Part shown: positions 8,448 through 17,824 of the stretch, piece by piece | Layout of the letters: each line of letters begins with the position of its first letter | Position numbering within the stretch: the first letter of the stretch is position 1 | Virus record (IMG/VR): IMGVR_UViG_3300010376_000066 | Coordinates: 1-42,343 of that record | Direction: 5' to 3' (one strand) | DNA from: a virus | Lineage: Duplodnaviria > Caudoviricetes | Length of the DNA stretch: 42,343 nt | Program-made: the position numbers and the translations under genes | Notes under the pieces: model-generated | The model's database searches: none | Seen by the model: the letters and a program-made list of their open reading frames with translations, nothing else | Told to the model about the DNA's origin: nothing

Positions 8448-9272
8448 ATGCCGGTCTCATTCGCCCAGACGGGGAGAATCCTGTTTGGGCGGTACCAGGG
8501 CAACCAGAATACAATCGCTAGTGGCGTGTCTTCATCGATTGCCGGATTGTGGGCGTCGATGATTGATCCGGAGAACTTTACTCAGTCATGGAAGGTGCTG
8601 GAGCCGATTCTGAGAGGGATCATTGACGTAAACTACTCGATGTCCGCGGCAGATGCTGCTCAGTATTATGGACTATCTCGCTCAGTTGCGGGGTTCTATG
8701 GTACTGTTGTTCCTGGAGCGTACCTAAACCCAGATTACCTGGCGGTCCTGACAAATAACACCGGACTACAGAAGTTCCTTGATTTTCAGGATTCCGGGCG
8801 CGACGCCGCTACGTCATCCAGGATGGCGATGCGTTATCTGATAGGCAATAGCATTCGCGTAGTGCTTAATGGCGGACGGAATACGATAACAAATGCAGTC
8901 GCAAGCGATGACGTCGCTTAGGGTTGGGAACGTGCTGTCGAGCCTAGGACTTGTAGCTACTGTGCTATGCTCGCTGCTAGTAGTCTTTTGCATAAGACAG
9001 CGTCGGATGCCTTTCACGCACATGACAATTGTCAGTGCCTGGCTCGCGTGGTGTTTCGCGGGCAGTCTCCGACTAATGGCGATCTTGCTTCTGAGTGGTC
9101 GCGAACAACAGAAGGAAAGAGTGGAAAGGACGCGGTAGCGGCCTGGAATCAGTACTGGAGTGGTAGAAGTGGCAACGGGAACAGCGTCGGCGGAACAGAA
9201 GCTCAGGCAGAGACTACAGGCCAAGGGACAGGCAATGCCGCCGTCTCAAACCAATCAGTCCAACTCGCCTAG
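8448..9272 (+). CDS. MuF-like minor head/maturation protein interrupted by an in-frame TAG at 8919-8921
   Basis: Reads GGRNTI...DDVA*GWERAVEPRTCSYCAMLA...HAHDNCQC in a single frame; follows the portal. Confidence 0.75.
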
Positions 9273-9456
9273 GTTCCCGATCCAGGCGAGGACCGGCAAG
9301 AACTCACTGGCGTCGGCCATTAAGGCGGTTGGGCGGGCGCGTCCGAATACCCCGGCCGAGCATAACAAGGTCAGGGCCTACATCAAGCGGGTCGCCAAGA
9401 TGAAGGGCTGGGGTAGCGACATTCCTGAGTCCTGGAACAAGAAGGGCAACAAGTGA
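9235..9456 (+). CDS. Small basic head-module protein
   Basis: RFPI..LASAIKAVGRA..VRAYIKRVAK..IPESW, a pattern I recall from phage head-morphogenesis proteins. Confidence 0.65.
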   Translation: MPPSQTNQSNSPRFPIQARTGKNSLASAIKAVGRARPNTPAEHNKVRAYIKRVAKMKGWGSDIPESWNKKGNK

Positions 9457-9710
9457 TGTCCGGGCCAGTAATGGGCGATAGGTTTATGTACCACAACCCT
9501 GACGTGTTCGGGTACGGTGAGCAGGCGAAGGGCGGCCCGCTGACATCAGAGATGCATGACCTGGATCTCCGAGACGGTACGGAGGTTCAGTTCATCGAGT
9601 TCGATGCGGACTCGGGATGGCCGATTGTCGAGTGGGTCGACTCGACCGGGCTAGGCCGCATCACTACCATCGATCCGGTTCTATTCGACAATCAGTTCCT
9701 ACCCGCTTAG
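9453..9710 (+). CDS. Hypothetical acidic protein
   Basis: GTGA overlap with the upstream gene; phage-like codon use. Confidence 0.65.
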   Translation: MMSGPVMGDRFMYHNPDVFGYGEQAKGGPLTSEMHDLDLRDGTEVQFIEFDADSGWPIVEWVDSTGLGRITTIDPVLFDNQFLPA

Positions 9711-9718
9711 GAGGGATC

Positions 9719-10180
9719 ATGACCGCACTATCTCAGGGCCAGATGTTCCAGTATGCGGAGCAGCAGGCTCTCAACGCAGTATTCCTGAAGGCGCAGTCGC
9801 CTGCCGTCGCGAACACCTACCTTGCGCTCTCGACTACTGCGATCGGCGCGCTCCAGTCTACCGAAGTCTCGATGGCCGGTGCCTCGATCAACGAGTACGC
9901 AACCGCCAGCGGTTATGCGCGGCAGAACTACAACCCGACTGCTGCCTCGGCGGCGTCCCCGTCGCAGCTCTGGAACTCGGCGCAGATTACCTGGGGGCCA
10001 TTCACGGCCGCGCCGGGAACTGCTCAGTGGGGTATCGCGTGCGACGCGGTGTCCGGAACAGCGGCGCATACGATTGCGGCGTTCCTGCTCTCGTCCACCC
10101 GTACGCCGGCAATCGGCGACTCGCTACAGGCCGCAGCCGGAACTGGCGCGGCTGGTGTCGGGTTCATCTGCCAGGTGTGA
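9719..10180 (+). CDS. Virion structural protein (fibre-associated type)
   Basis: GGAGGG RBS; YLALST...GYARQ...NSAQITW pattern. Confidence 0.7.
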   Translation: MTALSQGQMFQYAEQQALNAVFLKAQSPAVANTYLALSTTAIGALQSTEVSMAGASINEYATASGYARQNYNPTAASAASPSQLWNSAQITWGPFTAAPGTAQWGIACDAVSGTAAHTIAAFLLSSTRTPAIGDSLQAAAGTGAAGVGFICQV

Positions 10181-10181
10181 C

Positions 10182-10469
10182 GTGGATCTAGAGCTGACGC
10201 CTGCGGTCTTTGACCTACAGGTGCCGCGAGCGATGCCGTGTAGCGCGGTGATTGGACCACAGTCCATTTGCGGCGCTACACCAACATCTCAGTACCGTCG
10301 TATATGCGTGGTAGTATCGCATTGCGATGAGCTGTGGCTATGTCCGGTTCATGCGGCGATCGTCGCGGCCGGTGGGGCTATTTGTCGTCAGTGCGCGATT
10401 AACGGAGGAGTCGTTCCAGTCAAGATCGTGAGGGTCATCAATATTCCGGTGAGGTTGCCGAAGGAATGA
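10182..10469 (+). CDS. Cys-rich hypothetical protein
   Basis: CPVH and CRQC motifs; fills the gap between coupled genes. Confidence 0.55.
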   Translation: MDLELTPAVFDLQVPRAMPCSAVIGPQSICGATPTSQYRRICVVVSHCDELWLCPVHAAIVAAGGAICRQCAINGGVVPVKIVRVINIPVRLPKE

Positions 10470-10472
10470 GTT

Positions 10473-12455
10473 ATGAGTACCGTTACGAATGTGACATGGT
10501 TTGATGATCCTGATCCATCAATAACATACGTAGGTACTTGGGGAACGTATACATCTGCTGCTAATGATTATGGTGGAAATGATCACTCCTCACAAACCGC
10601 CAATAGCACCGCGACCTTCACATTCTTCGGTACGTCACTACAATGGCAAAGTGTTGTTGCTAATAATCATGGGATTGGCACGATATCGATTGACGGCGGT
10701 ACTCCGGTAAATGTTGATACGTATGCGAATACTGGCGGCAATGCTCAGATTGTATGGACATCCGGTCAGCTGCCGCTAGCTCAGCATACCGCCGTCGTTA
10801 CTGTTACTGGGACTCGTAATGCGTCATCATCAGCGAACTGGGTGACAGTCGACGCATTTATTGTTACGGCTATCGATCCTTGGGGCATACTGCCGCTGTT
10901 CCCGATTAACCTTATCGGGCAGGAAATGGACGGGCTTGCCGCGCAGGCGTCGTCATCGTCGGGCGCGCTCTATAGCCTGCTGGGTATAAATGGCTCGGCG
11001 GTAACGCCTAGCTCTGGCGCGGGTTCGTTCTATGAGTATGCCGTTATATCCGGCGCGGCACCGGCTGTCGCTTCCGCTTCTGGCAAGATTACCGCTACCG
11101 GCATCATAACCGGGTCATCTGCGACCGCGACAAATGCTACCGGGTTCGCGTCTACGTCATTTGGGATCTCCGGCAGCTCTCCAACTTCGAGCAGCGCTAA
11201 CGGCACGATAAGCAAGAATGTTGCGATATCCGGATTGTCGGCTACCGTTGTGCCTATAGCGAGTGGCTCTGTTGTACTCAATATGGTTGATGCCGGACTG
11301 TCAGCTACCGCGTCGGGAGCGAGCGGTGCTGTTGGCGAGCTGGGCGCGCTAACCGGTTCGTCTGTGACAGCGTCTAGTGCTAGTGGGGCTGTTACATCTA
11401 CCGGAGTACTGGTAGGTGCGTCAGCGACCGTGTCGAGTACTAGCGGGAATGTCTCGACGCTGTCCGTTCTTGTTGGCGCGTCCGCTACGACTTCGGCTAG
11501 CTCTGGCGCGGTAATCAGGATCGGGGTACTCTCCGGGCTATCGGCTACGTCGCCTGGAAATGCGCAAGGTGATGTAGGAATTGCCGGAAGCCCGATCATA
11601 GATATTGCTGGAACATCCAGTACTTTGTCGAGCACTAGTGGTGCTCTCACGTCTGTCCTGTCGGCCATTGGTCTTTCCGGTACTGCTTCTATAGGCAGCG
11701 GTACGATAGGTCTTGAGGCATTTATATCCGCCATGTCCGCTACTGTGGCTAATGCGTCAGGTACCGTCTCGACTAGCTACGCCATTAGCGGTATGTCGCC
11801 GACGGGAACTCATGGTGACGGCACTATCGGGATTGTCTCGCCGGTCACTGTTGGCGCTTCTGTTGCTGTTAGCGGTGGTGATGGTGTTGTAGTCCTTAGT
11901 ATGGTCGTTGGCGGGGAGTCTTCGACCGACAGCAGTTGTGATGGGTTCATAGGGTACATTTACCCGTTCGACGGCTCATCCGCGACTGTGTCTGGCGCGG
12001 TAGGTGTCATCGCTCTTGCGGAGGAGATCTCAGGGTCGTCCGCGACAGGTTCGAGTGCGTCTGGATTCATCGCACTAGAGCTATCGATTGATGGTGTGTC
12101 GGTTACGGCGTCTAGTGGCGATGGCGCTATCGTTGTTGAGATAGAGCTAGATGGGTACTCGGCTACTGTCTCTAGTGGTTATGGCTCGCTTGTAGACTTC
12201 AATGCTTGCGATGGTTTCTCTTCGACGGTTTCGTATGCCAGTGGGTATGCTAATCCTCCGTTCAAGCCGACTGATTTCCCTGCGTTCGTTCAGGCCAATA
12301 TATTCGCGTGTACGGTACCGGCCGCGATCTATGCTGATGTAGTACAGGCGACCATTTATGCCGAAGTTATTCCTTCGGACGTTGATGCTGATGTTGTTGA
12401 TTCCGATATCTATGCTGAAGTAATTCCTGCTATTATTACGGCGAATATGGGGTGA
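10473..12455 (+). CDS. Ser/Gly/Ala-rich fibre-like protein with N-terminal carbohydrate-binding-like domain
   Basis: DDPDPSITYVGTW domain; ~21-aa G-x-S-x-T-x-S periodic body; C-terminal 9-aa IYAEVIP-type repeats. Confidence 0.7.
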   Translation: MSTVTNVTWFDDPDPSITYVGTWGTYTSAANDYGGNDHSSQTANSTATFTFFGTSLQWQSVVANNHGIGTISIDGGTPVNVDTYANTGGNAQIVWTSGQLPLAQHTAVVTVTGTRNASSSANWVTVDAFIVTAIDPWGILPLFPINLIGQEMDGLAAQASSSSGALYSLLGINGSAVTPSSGAGSFYEYAVISGAAPAVASASGKITATGIITGSSATATNATGFASTSFGISGSSPTSSSANGTISKNVAISGLSATVVPIASGSVVLNMVDAGLSATASGASGAVGELGALTGSSVTASSASGAVTSTGVLVGASATVSSTSGNVSTLSVLVGASATTSASSGAVIRIGVLSGLSATSPGNAQGDVGIAGSPIIDIAGTSSTLSSTSGALTSVLSAIGLSGTASIGSGTIGLEAFISAMSATVANASGTVSTSYAISGMSPTGTHGDGTIGIVSPVTVGASVAVSGGDGVVVLSMVVGGESSTDSSCDGFIGYIYPFDGSSATVSGAVGVIALAEEISGSSATGSSASGFIALELSIDGVSVTASSGDGAIVVEIELDGYSATVSSGYGSLVDFNACDGFSSTVSYASGYANPPFKPTDFPAFVQANIFACTVPAAIYADVVQATIYAEVIPSDVDADVVDSDIYAEVIPAIITANMG

Positions 12456-12458
12456 CGT

Positions 12459-12827
12459 ATGGTTACTATGGCATACCCGCAGGAAACTGCGATGCCGGTT
12501 CAGCAGTACACGATGTACTTCCCGCAAGGGAATGACATCCAGGTAACGGCGCACTATCCGGGGATACCCTCGGGTACCGTTAACGGCAAGTCCGAGTTCT
12601 ACTACAAGACCGACAGGACGACTCCGGATAGCGATCCCAGCACCAAGGTCTATACGGCGAACATCGTAGATGACCCGAACAACCAGGCGGCGACGATGTC
12701 GCAGTTCCTCATCCCGGCGGCCGACAACGGTACGGCCGGAGCGATGTGGTGGAGGATCGACGCAATCGACCAGTACAACAACAGAAGTACGGTCGGGTTC
12801 GGAACGCTGCTAGTGGAGGCTGTGTGA
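12459..12827 (+). CDS. Small beta-rich structural/adaptor protein
   Basis: QGND start and TVGFGTLLVEAV end resemble BppU-like adaptor domains. Confidence 0.55.
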   Translation: MVTMAYPQETAMPVQQYTMYFPQGNDIQVTAHYPGIPSGTVNGKSEFYYKTDRTTPDSDPSTKVYTANIVDDPNNQAATMSQFLIPAADNGTAGAMWWRIDAIDQYNNRSTVGFGTLLVEAV

Positions 12828-13084
12828 TGGCCCAGAAAGAGGAACACTCGAACATGCCGGCGCAGCTGCTGAAGTACTGGACTGAGGGGGCTGGCGCGGC
12901 AAAGCTTCACTGGGGAGTTCCCGGTGACTTCGACACTTGCCTCGCGGTTGTTGGCAAGTATGTTCCGGCCGCGATGGTCAAGGGGATGTGTGCGAATCTG
13001 CACCGCCATGCGACCGGAGGCTGGCCCGGGCACGCTCCGGGCCTAGAAGAGTCCCTGACAAAAGCCAGGGAAAAGAGGGGGTAG
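12827..13084 (+). CDS. Conserved actinophage head-module hypothetical protein
   Basis: KYWTEGAGAAKLHWGVPGDF..C...CANLHRHATGGWPG; GGAGG RBS and TGATG coupling. Confidence 0.7.
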   Translation: MAQKEEHSNMPAQLLKYWTEGAGAAKLHWGVPGDFDTCLAVVGKYVPAAMVKGMCANLHRHATGGWPGHAPGLEESLTKAREKRG

Positions 13085-13110
13085 ACGCCGGATCTAGGAT
13101 GGCGTATACT
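13082..13110 (+). promoter_or_regulatory. Promoter TAGACG-N17-TATACT for the scaffold-capsid operon
   Basis: Same hexamers and spacing as 3279-3307. Confidence 0.75.
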
Positions 13111-13140
13111 CGCGCGTAGGAGATGACAGGAGTCGAACTG

Positions 13141-13803
13141 ATGAGCGAAGGTGCGACGGAAGCCGGGGCTGGGCCCGCAACGGGTCAAGGCTCCCCAGCC
13201 GGAACGGCAGGAGAAGGCTCCGGTGGCGAAGAGGGTGCGACTGATCTTGATACCGGCCAAGGCCAAGGCGAGTCCGGGGATCAGGGCGATGCTGCTGCCC
13301 AGCTAGCGCACTGGAAGGAAATGGCTCGTAAGCACGAGAAGCGGGCCAGGGAGAACTCAACTGCGGCTGCGAGGCTCAAGCAGATCGAGCAGGCGAACAT
13401 GACTGAGCTTGAAAAGGCTCAATCCGCTCAGCGTGAAGCAGAACAGCAGCGTGACGAGGCACTAGCGACTTACGCTCGTGTCATGGCCGCGGCAGCTCAT
13501 AATCTTCCGGTAGAACTCATTGATGTCCTCGGGACCGGAACGGACGAGGAGATCAATGAGCGAGCAGAGCTACTTCAAACCGCCATCGAGGACATGGCCG
13601 GGGAGATAGCGGAACAGCTCATAGCCGACAAGATCGCCTCAGGTGAGCTTATTGTCGGGCAAGGCGCCAGCCGGAACGGTGGAGCGCCGCAGGGCCAGCA
13701 GGCCGCACGGCCGGTTGAGTCCTTGAGGCCGGGTTCAGCTCCGGCAGGCGCCATGCCAAACACTCCAGAGCAATGGTTCCGCCAACTGCTCCACGGATCG
13801 TAG
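13141..13803 (+). CDS. Capsid scaffolding protein
   Basis: Acidic/Gly N-terminus, WKEMARKHEKRAREN, MTELEKAQ coiled coil, RPVESLRPG; directly before the capsid gene. Confidence 0.88.
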   Translation: MSEGATEAGAGPATGQGSPAGTAGEGSGGEEGATDLDTGQGQGESGDQGDAAAQLAHWKEMARKHEKRARENSTAAARLKQIEQANMTELEKAQSAQREAEQQRDEALATYARVMAAAAHNLPVELIDVLGTGTDEEINERAELLQTAIEDMAGEIAEQLIADKIASGELIVGQGASRNGGAPQGQQAARPVESLRPGSAPAGAMPNTPEQWFRQLLHGS

Positions 13804-13823
13804 CGCTAGGCAGGCCCTAGCGC
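13803..13823 (+). promoter_or_regulatory. Stem-loop between scaffold and capsid genes
   Basis: GCGCTAGG-caggc-CCTAGCGC, perfect 8-bp stem with no U-tract, just before the capsid RBS. Confidence 0.55.
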
Positions 13824-13836
13824 GGGAAGGGCCTTA

Positions 13837-14964
13837 ATGGCTGTTTACAACGAGGGTATCTTCAGGAGCTCAGGAACTCCTGACCCTCTCGTGCCGCAGC
13901 CCCTCGCTGCGACCATTATCCAGGAGGCGCCCAAAGCCTCCGCCGCACTCACGCTCATGAACCGGACGACCCTGTCCTCCAAGACCCAGCGTATGCCAGT
14001 GCTCGACGTTCTGCCGATGGCGTACTGGGTCGGCGGGGACACCGGCATGAAGCAGACGACCCAGATGGCGTGGCAGAACGTCATCATGGTCGTCGAGGAA
14101 CTCGCTTGCATCGTGCCGATCCCGATCGCGTACCTTGACGATGCGGAGGTGCCGCTCTGGGCGCAGGTTCAGCCCAGAATCACCGAAGCGGTTGGTGCGC
14201 TGATCGACTCGGCGGTCCTGTGGGGAATCAACAAGCCGACGACCTGGGGCGAGGCAGTCTTCACCGGAGCGGAGAAGTCGGGCCACTGGGTGACTGAGGG
14301 CGCTGGGACGGACCTTGGCGTGGACGTGTCGACTCTGGGCCAGCAGATGGCTCAGACCGGCTACACGGTCAGCGGGTTCGCGGCGATGCCGGGTATGAAC
14401 TGGAAGCTGGTCGGTATCCGGTCGGCGCAGGGCGTACCGATCTACCAGCCCGATATGACCGGCACTCCGGGCGGCAAGCTGTACGGCTACAACCTCACGG
14501 AGATCAACAACGGTTCCTGGCAGATGCCAACGGCGGGTGCACTCCTGCTCGCCGGGGACTTCTCCAAGGCAATCATCGGCATCCGGCAGGACATCTCCTT
14601 CAAGATGTTCACAGAGGGTGTCATCTCGGACGACACCGGCAAGGTCATCCTCAACCTCATGCAGCAGGACGCTGTGGCGATGCGGATGGTCATGCGTCTC
14701 GCCTACGCGACCGTGAACCCGGTCACTGTCATGAGCGCCGGCAAGACGATCACTCAACGGTGGCCGTTCGGTACTGTCCTTGGTGTCGGTACTGCTGCTC
14801 CGGCTTCCGCTCCGATCAATGTCATCCAGACGTACCCGGGTGGTACGCTCCTGTCCGCCGAAGCGGATGCGGCGGCAGCGGCCGACGCTGCTGAGGAAGA
14901 GGCGAGCACGCCGGTGCGCGGGCGTGGGCGTGCGCGCTCCACCACGAATGGAGGAGAAGAGTAG
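13837..14964 (+). CDS. Major capsid protein (HK97 fold)
   Basis: LPMAYWVG, EELACIVPIP, GDFSKAIIGIRQDISFK, NLMQQDAVAMRMVMR. Confidence 0.95.
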   Translation: MAVYNEGIFRSSGTPDPLVPQPLAATIIQEAPKASAALTLMNRTTLSSKTQRMPVLDVLPMAYWVGGDTGMKQTTQMAWQNVIMVVEELACIVPIPIAYLDDAEVPLWAQVQPRITEAVGALIDSAVLWGINKPTTWGEAVFTGAEKSGHWVTEGAGTDLGVDVSTLGQQMAQTGYTVSGFAAMPGMNWKLVGIRSAQGVPIYQPDMTGTPGGKLYGYNLTEINNGSWQMPTAGALLLAGDFSKAIIGIRQDISFKMFTEGVISDDTGKVILNLMQQDAVAMRMVMRLAYATVNPVTVMSAGKTITQRWPFGTVLGVGTAAPASAPINVIQTYPGGTLLSAEADAAAAADAAEEEASTPVRGRGRARSTTNGGEE

Positions 14965-14966
14965 TC

Positions 14967-15611
14967 ATGACGCTGCCTAGCCTCGCCACGCCGGATGATA
15001 TTGCGGCGAGGCTAGGCCGCAACCTCAATCAGGTGGAAGGTGCTCGGGTACAGGGGTTGCTTGATGACGGGTCGGGAATCTTGCGGAGGTACTGCCGCCG
15101 TGACTTCCTGTCCTATACGTCCGACACGATCACTACCACGGCTGACGGCGGCATCATCAAGCTGACGTCGTGGAAGCCGATCCAGTCGATCGACACAATC
15201 ATCGCGCTGTCCGGTACGCCCGGCATCCAGGACATTCAGGTGACCTGGTACCACTTCGATGCGGTTGACAAGATCACCGTGTTTAACCCGTCGCTATCCG
15301 GTATCATCAACCTGCCGGAGATCTGGTATGAAGAGACGTTCTGGTGGGGCGGCTCGTTCAAGATCACCGGCGCGCATGGATTCTCAGAGACGCCTGCGGA
15401 TGTGATGGCCGTCCTGTGTAATGCCGTCTGTTCGGAGCTAGCGACTCCTACGCAGTCGGCAACCCTGATGAGTGAGTCCGTTGGGGCTTACTCGTTCTCG
15501 ATGCGTCGTACGTCTGGCGCGGGGCTGAACGCCGCGCTGATCGACGCCGGTATGAAGACCGCTCTACAAGACTACAGGCAATCGTACGGAACAATGAAGG
15601 TGAGGTTGTAA
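14967..15611 (+). CDS. Head-to-tail adaptor
   Basis: LATPDDIAARLGRNL and SESVGAYSFS; follows the capsid gene. Confidence 0.85.
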   Translation: MTLPSLATPDDIAARLGRNLNQVEGARVQGLLDDGSGILRRYCRRDFLSYTSDTITTTADGGIIKLTSWKPIQSIDTIIALSGTPGIQDIQVTWYHFDAVDKITVFNPSLSGIINLPEIWYEETFWWGGSFKITGAHGFSETPADVMAVLCNAVCSELATPTQSATLMSESVGAYSFSMRRTSGAGLNAALIDAGMKTALQDYRQSYGTMKVRL

Positions 15612-15889
15612 TGACCGTAAGCTGCGCAATGAATGCTGCTCCGACTTCGCCAAACCACGGAGACACGGTTACCGTCACGTACACCGTCGATGGGAATGAT
15701 CCGATCTCTCCGCAGACTGTGTCGATCACCGGCACGGTTGTGGTCGGCGGCGTCAGCCAGGACGTATCGACCTCGATCACGTTGCCGGGTACTCCGGCCG
15801 CATCGGTCTCGTACGAGGTGCCGGTTTGCTCCGGTCTCTCATTCGTCTCAACGTCCGATCCGTCAGTGTTCACCGCGGTTGTTCCGTGA
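15611..15889 (+). CDS. Small Thr/Val/Ser-rich beta-sandwich protein
   Basis: TAATG coupling; Ig-like composition. Confidence 0.65.
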   Translation: MTVSCAMNAAPTSPNHGDTVTVTYTVDGNDPISPQTVSITGTVVVGGVSQDVSTSITLPGTPAASVSYEVPVCSGLSFVSTSDPSVFTAVVP

Positions 15890-16023
15890 CGGTTACGATC
15901 TCCGGCGCGGTTGTCGTGGGCGGGGTTAGATACCCGCTCACGACGGAGGTCGTGTTGCCCGATTCTGATTCCGCACCTGCGGAGGAGGTGAAGTTATGTC
16001 TATCGACTGGCAATGGGTGGTGA
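15886..16023 (+). CDS. 45-aa partial paralogue of the preceding gene
   Basis: TVTISGAVVVGGV..LTTEVVLP versus TVSITGTVVVGGV..VSTSITLP; GTGA overlap. Confidence 0.5.
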   Translation: MTVTISGAVVVGGVRYPLTTEVVLPDSDSAPAEEVKLCLSTGNGW

Positions 16024-16364
16024 TGAAGAACTTCGCCGTAAACATGACGCTTGTGCGGCGAGTGCTTACTGGTACGCCGGATGCGTACGGCAACGACGTG
16101 TATACCGACGTGATGATCCAGGTTCCGCAGTGTGTGTTTGTTCCCGCAGGTAGTTCCGAGAATCTTGTCTTTACTGATCAGGTCTCCCAGACGGACACCA
16201 TATTCTTCCCGCCTGGCGTTGTTGTCACCGCTCTTGATGCCGTTATATACAACGGCGATACGTACGAGATCCAGGGTGAGCCTAGCTACTGGACGTCGCC
16301 GTTCTCTGGCCGGGAGTCTCCGATACGTATCAATGTTACTCGGGTTACGGGTGTGACGATATGA
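15996..16364 (+). CDS. Head-to-tail stopper
   Basis: DAYGND, YEIQGEP..WTSPFSG, RVTG; GGAGGTG RBS. Confidence 0.85.
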   Translation: MSIDWQWVVMKNFAVNMTLVRRVLTGTPDAYGNDVYTDVMIQVPQCVFVPAGSSENLVFTDQVSQTDTIFFPPGVVVTALDAVIYNGDTYEIQGEPSYWTSPFSGRESPIRINVTRVTGVTI

Positions 16365-16702
16365 CTGATGTGACGCTGACCTTCAACCGGCAGGGCGTAC
16401 ATGATATGCTCAATTCGGATGACATGCGCGCGGTGATGGAGTCGCGTGCGGAGGAGATCCGGATGCGTGCCGAGGTTATCGCGCCGATCTATATCAAGAA
16501 GGGCGATCCTCATCCAGGACGGTACAAGGCGAGCTTCCATGTTAGGTCTCACTTGAATGGAGGCGCTACTCACGATAGGGCCGAGGCACTTTGCTACAAC
16601 GATGCCCCGGAGGCGTTCTATGTTGAGTTCGCTCACTGGGGTGCTGAGCCCGAGCATATTCTTGCCCGGGCAGCATTCCGGCCGCTGAAGGGGATGGCGT
16701 GA
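16361..16702 (+). CDS. Neck protein (HK97 gp10-like)
   Basis: GRYKASF, AFYVEF, HILARAA; gene order. Confidence 0.75.
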   Translation: MTDVTLTFNRQGVHDMLNSDDMRAVMESRAEEIRMRAEVIAPIYIKKGDPHPGRYKASFHVRSHLNGGATHDRAEALCYNDAPEAFYVEFAHWGAEPEHILARAAFRPLKGMA

Positions 16703-17094
16703 TGACTGTACCAATCTTCCCCGATCCTGAGACTATGTTGTTGACGCTACTAGCTCCTCAGAACCCTAGCTATCGGTTCGCCACGATTATGCCGGCGACG
16801 AACCCTGACACGATCACCGTGTTGATTCGCCGGTCGGGTGGCGGTAACCGGCATATTGGTCTTGACCGTCCTACGATGGACATTGATGTATTTGGTCCTA
16901 AGTCCCAGGTTGGTAATGTCTCGGCTGCGGCAAGAGATCTCCAATCGCAAATCCTGTCGCTTATGAGCGCAACAGCTCCGAACGGAGGCGTGATACAGCA
17001 TACATCGACCGTTACTGGCCCAAGACAACTTCCGGAGGTTAACCCAAACTACGTTCGCTACTCAGCAACTTACGAACTCCAAACGCATTCCTAG
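16699..17094 (+). CDS. Tail terminator
   Basis: FPDPE, RRSGGG, DRPTMDIDVF, RYSATY; precedes the major tail gene. Confidence 0.82.
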   Translation: MMTVPIFPDPETMLLTLLAPQNPSYRFATIMPATNPDTITVLIRRSGGGNRHIGLDRPTMDIDVFGPKSQVGNVSAAARDLQSQILSLMSATAPNGGVIQHTSTVTGPRQLPEVNPNYVRYSATYELQTHS

Positions 17095-17104
17095 GAGGAA
17101 TGGT

Positions 17105-17824
17105 ATGTCACCCGTGAAGCAGGACGCAGCCGAGCAATATGACCTTCCCGTACCCCTCTCCGGTCTTCCCACGCCGTCCACCGGCACCTACAAGAACAGC
17201 GACTTCCTCTACGCGGCCGGTGACGTCGTCATTTGGGTCGGACAGCCGAACAACGCCTCGCCGCCGACGGGCTTTGAGGATCCATCCTCGCTCGGCTCCG
17301 GCATCTACAAGTGCTGTGGGTGGGCCGACGTAGCCGGTTACATCTTCAAGCTTGATGAGACCATCAAGGACATCCCGGCCGCCGGGCTGTTGACTCCGGT
17401 GCGCTCGATCCTTACCGGCGGCGTCAAGACGGTCCAGGCGACCTATCTGGAGGCGCTCAACCCGTACGTCCGGTCTCTGTATGACGATGTGCCGATCTTC
17501 CCGGTCGCGTCCTCGCCGCTCAAGCCGCCTACGACTCCGACCACCGCCCTGCCGGCGAACTCCTCAACGTACATCCTTCCGGACCCACCGGCCGACAACC
17601 GGTACTCATTCATCTTCGACTCAATCGACGGCGTGAAGCGGCAGCGCCTGTACGCGCCGTACGCGAAGGTCACTGCTCGCGGCAACGACCAGGTCCAGCA
17701 GGGCGACATCGTCATGTCGGACATGACGGTGACGTTCTACCCCGGCACGATCGGCACCGTCACGAATGCCGTCGTCCAGCGTAGCATTACGTGGGGCGAG
17801 TCGATGACGGCGTACTTCACGTGA
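17105..17824 (+). CDS. Major tail (tube) protein
   Basis: AGGAGG RBS; PVRSILT, FIFDSIDG, VTARG, TVTFYP; gene order. Confidence 0.85.
   Translation: MSPVKQDAAEQYDLPVPLSGLPTPSTGTYKNSDFLYAAGDVVIWVGQPNNASPPTGFEDPSSLGSGIYKCCGWADVAGYIFKLDETIKDIPAAGLLTPVRSILTGGVKTVQATYLEALNPYVRSLYDDVPIFPVASSPLKPPTTPTTALPANSSTYILPDPPADNRYSFIFDSIDGVKRQRLYAPYAKVTARGNDQVQQGDIVMSDMTVTFYPGTIGTVTNAVVQRSITWGESMTAYFT

Noticed and set aside
8919-8921. Genome-wide amber recoding
   Set aside because: Many genes end at TAG directly before the next RBS/start, and no suppressor tRNA is visible
12295-12452. 27-bp periodic repeats as a CRISPR array or DGR
   Set aside because: Degenerate coding repeats of a 9-aa unit; no spacers, cas genes or reverse transcriptase
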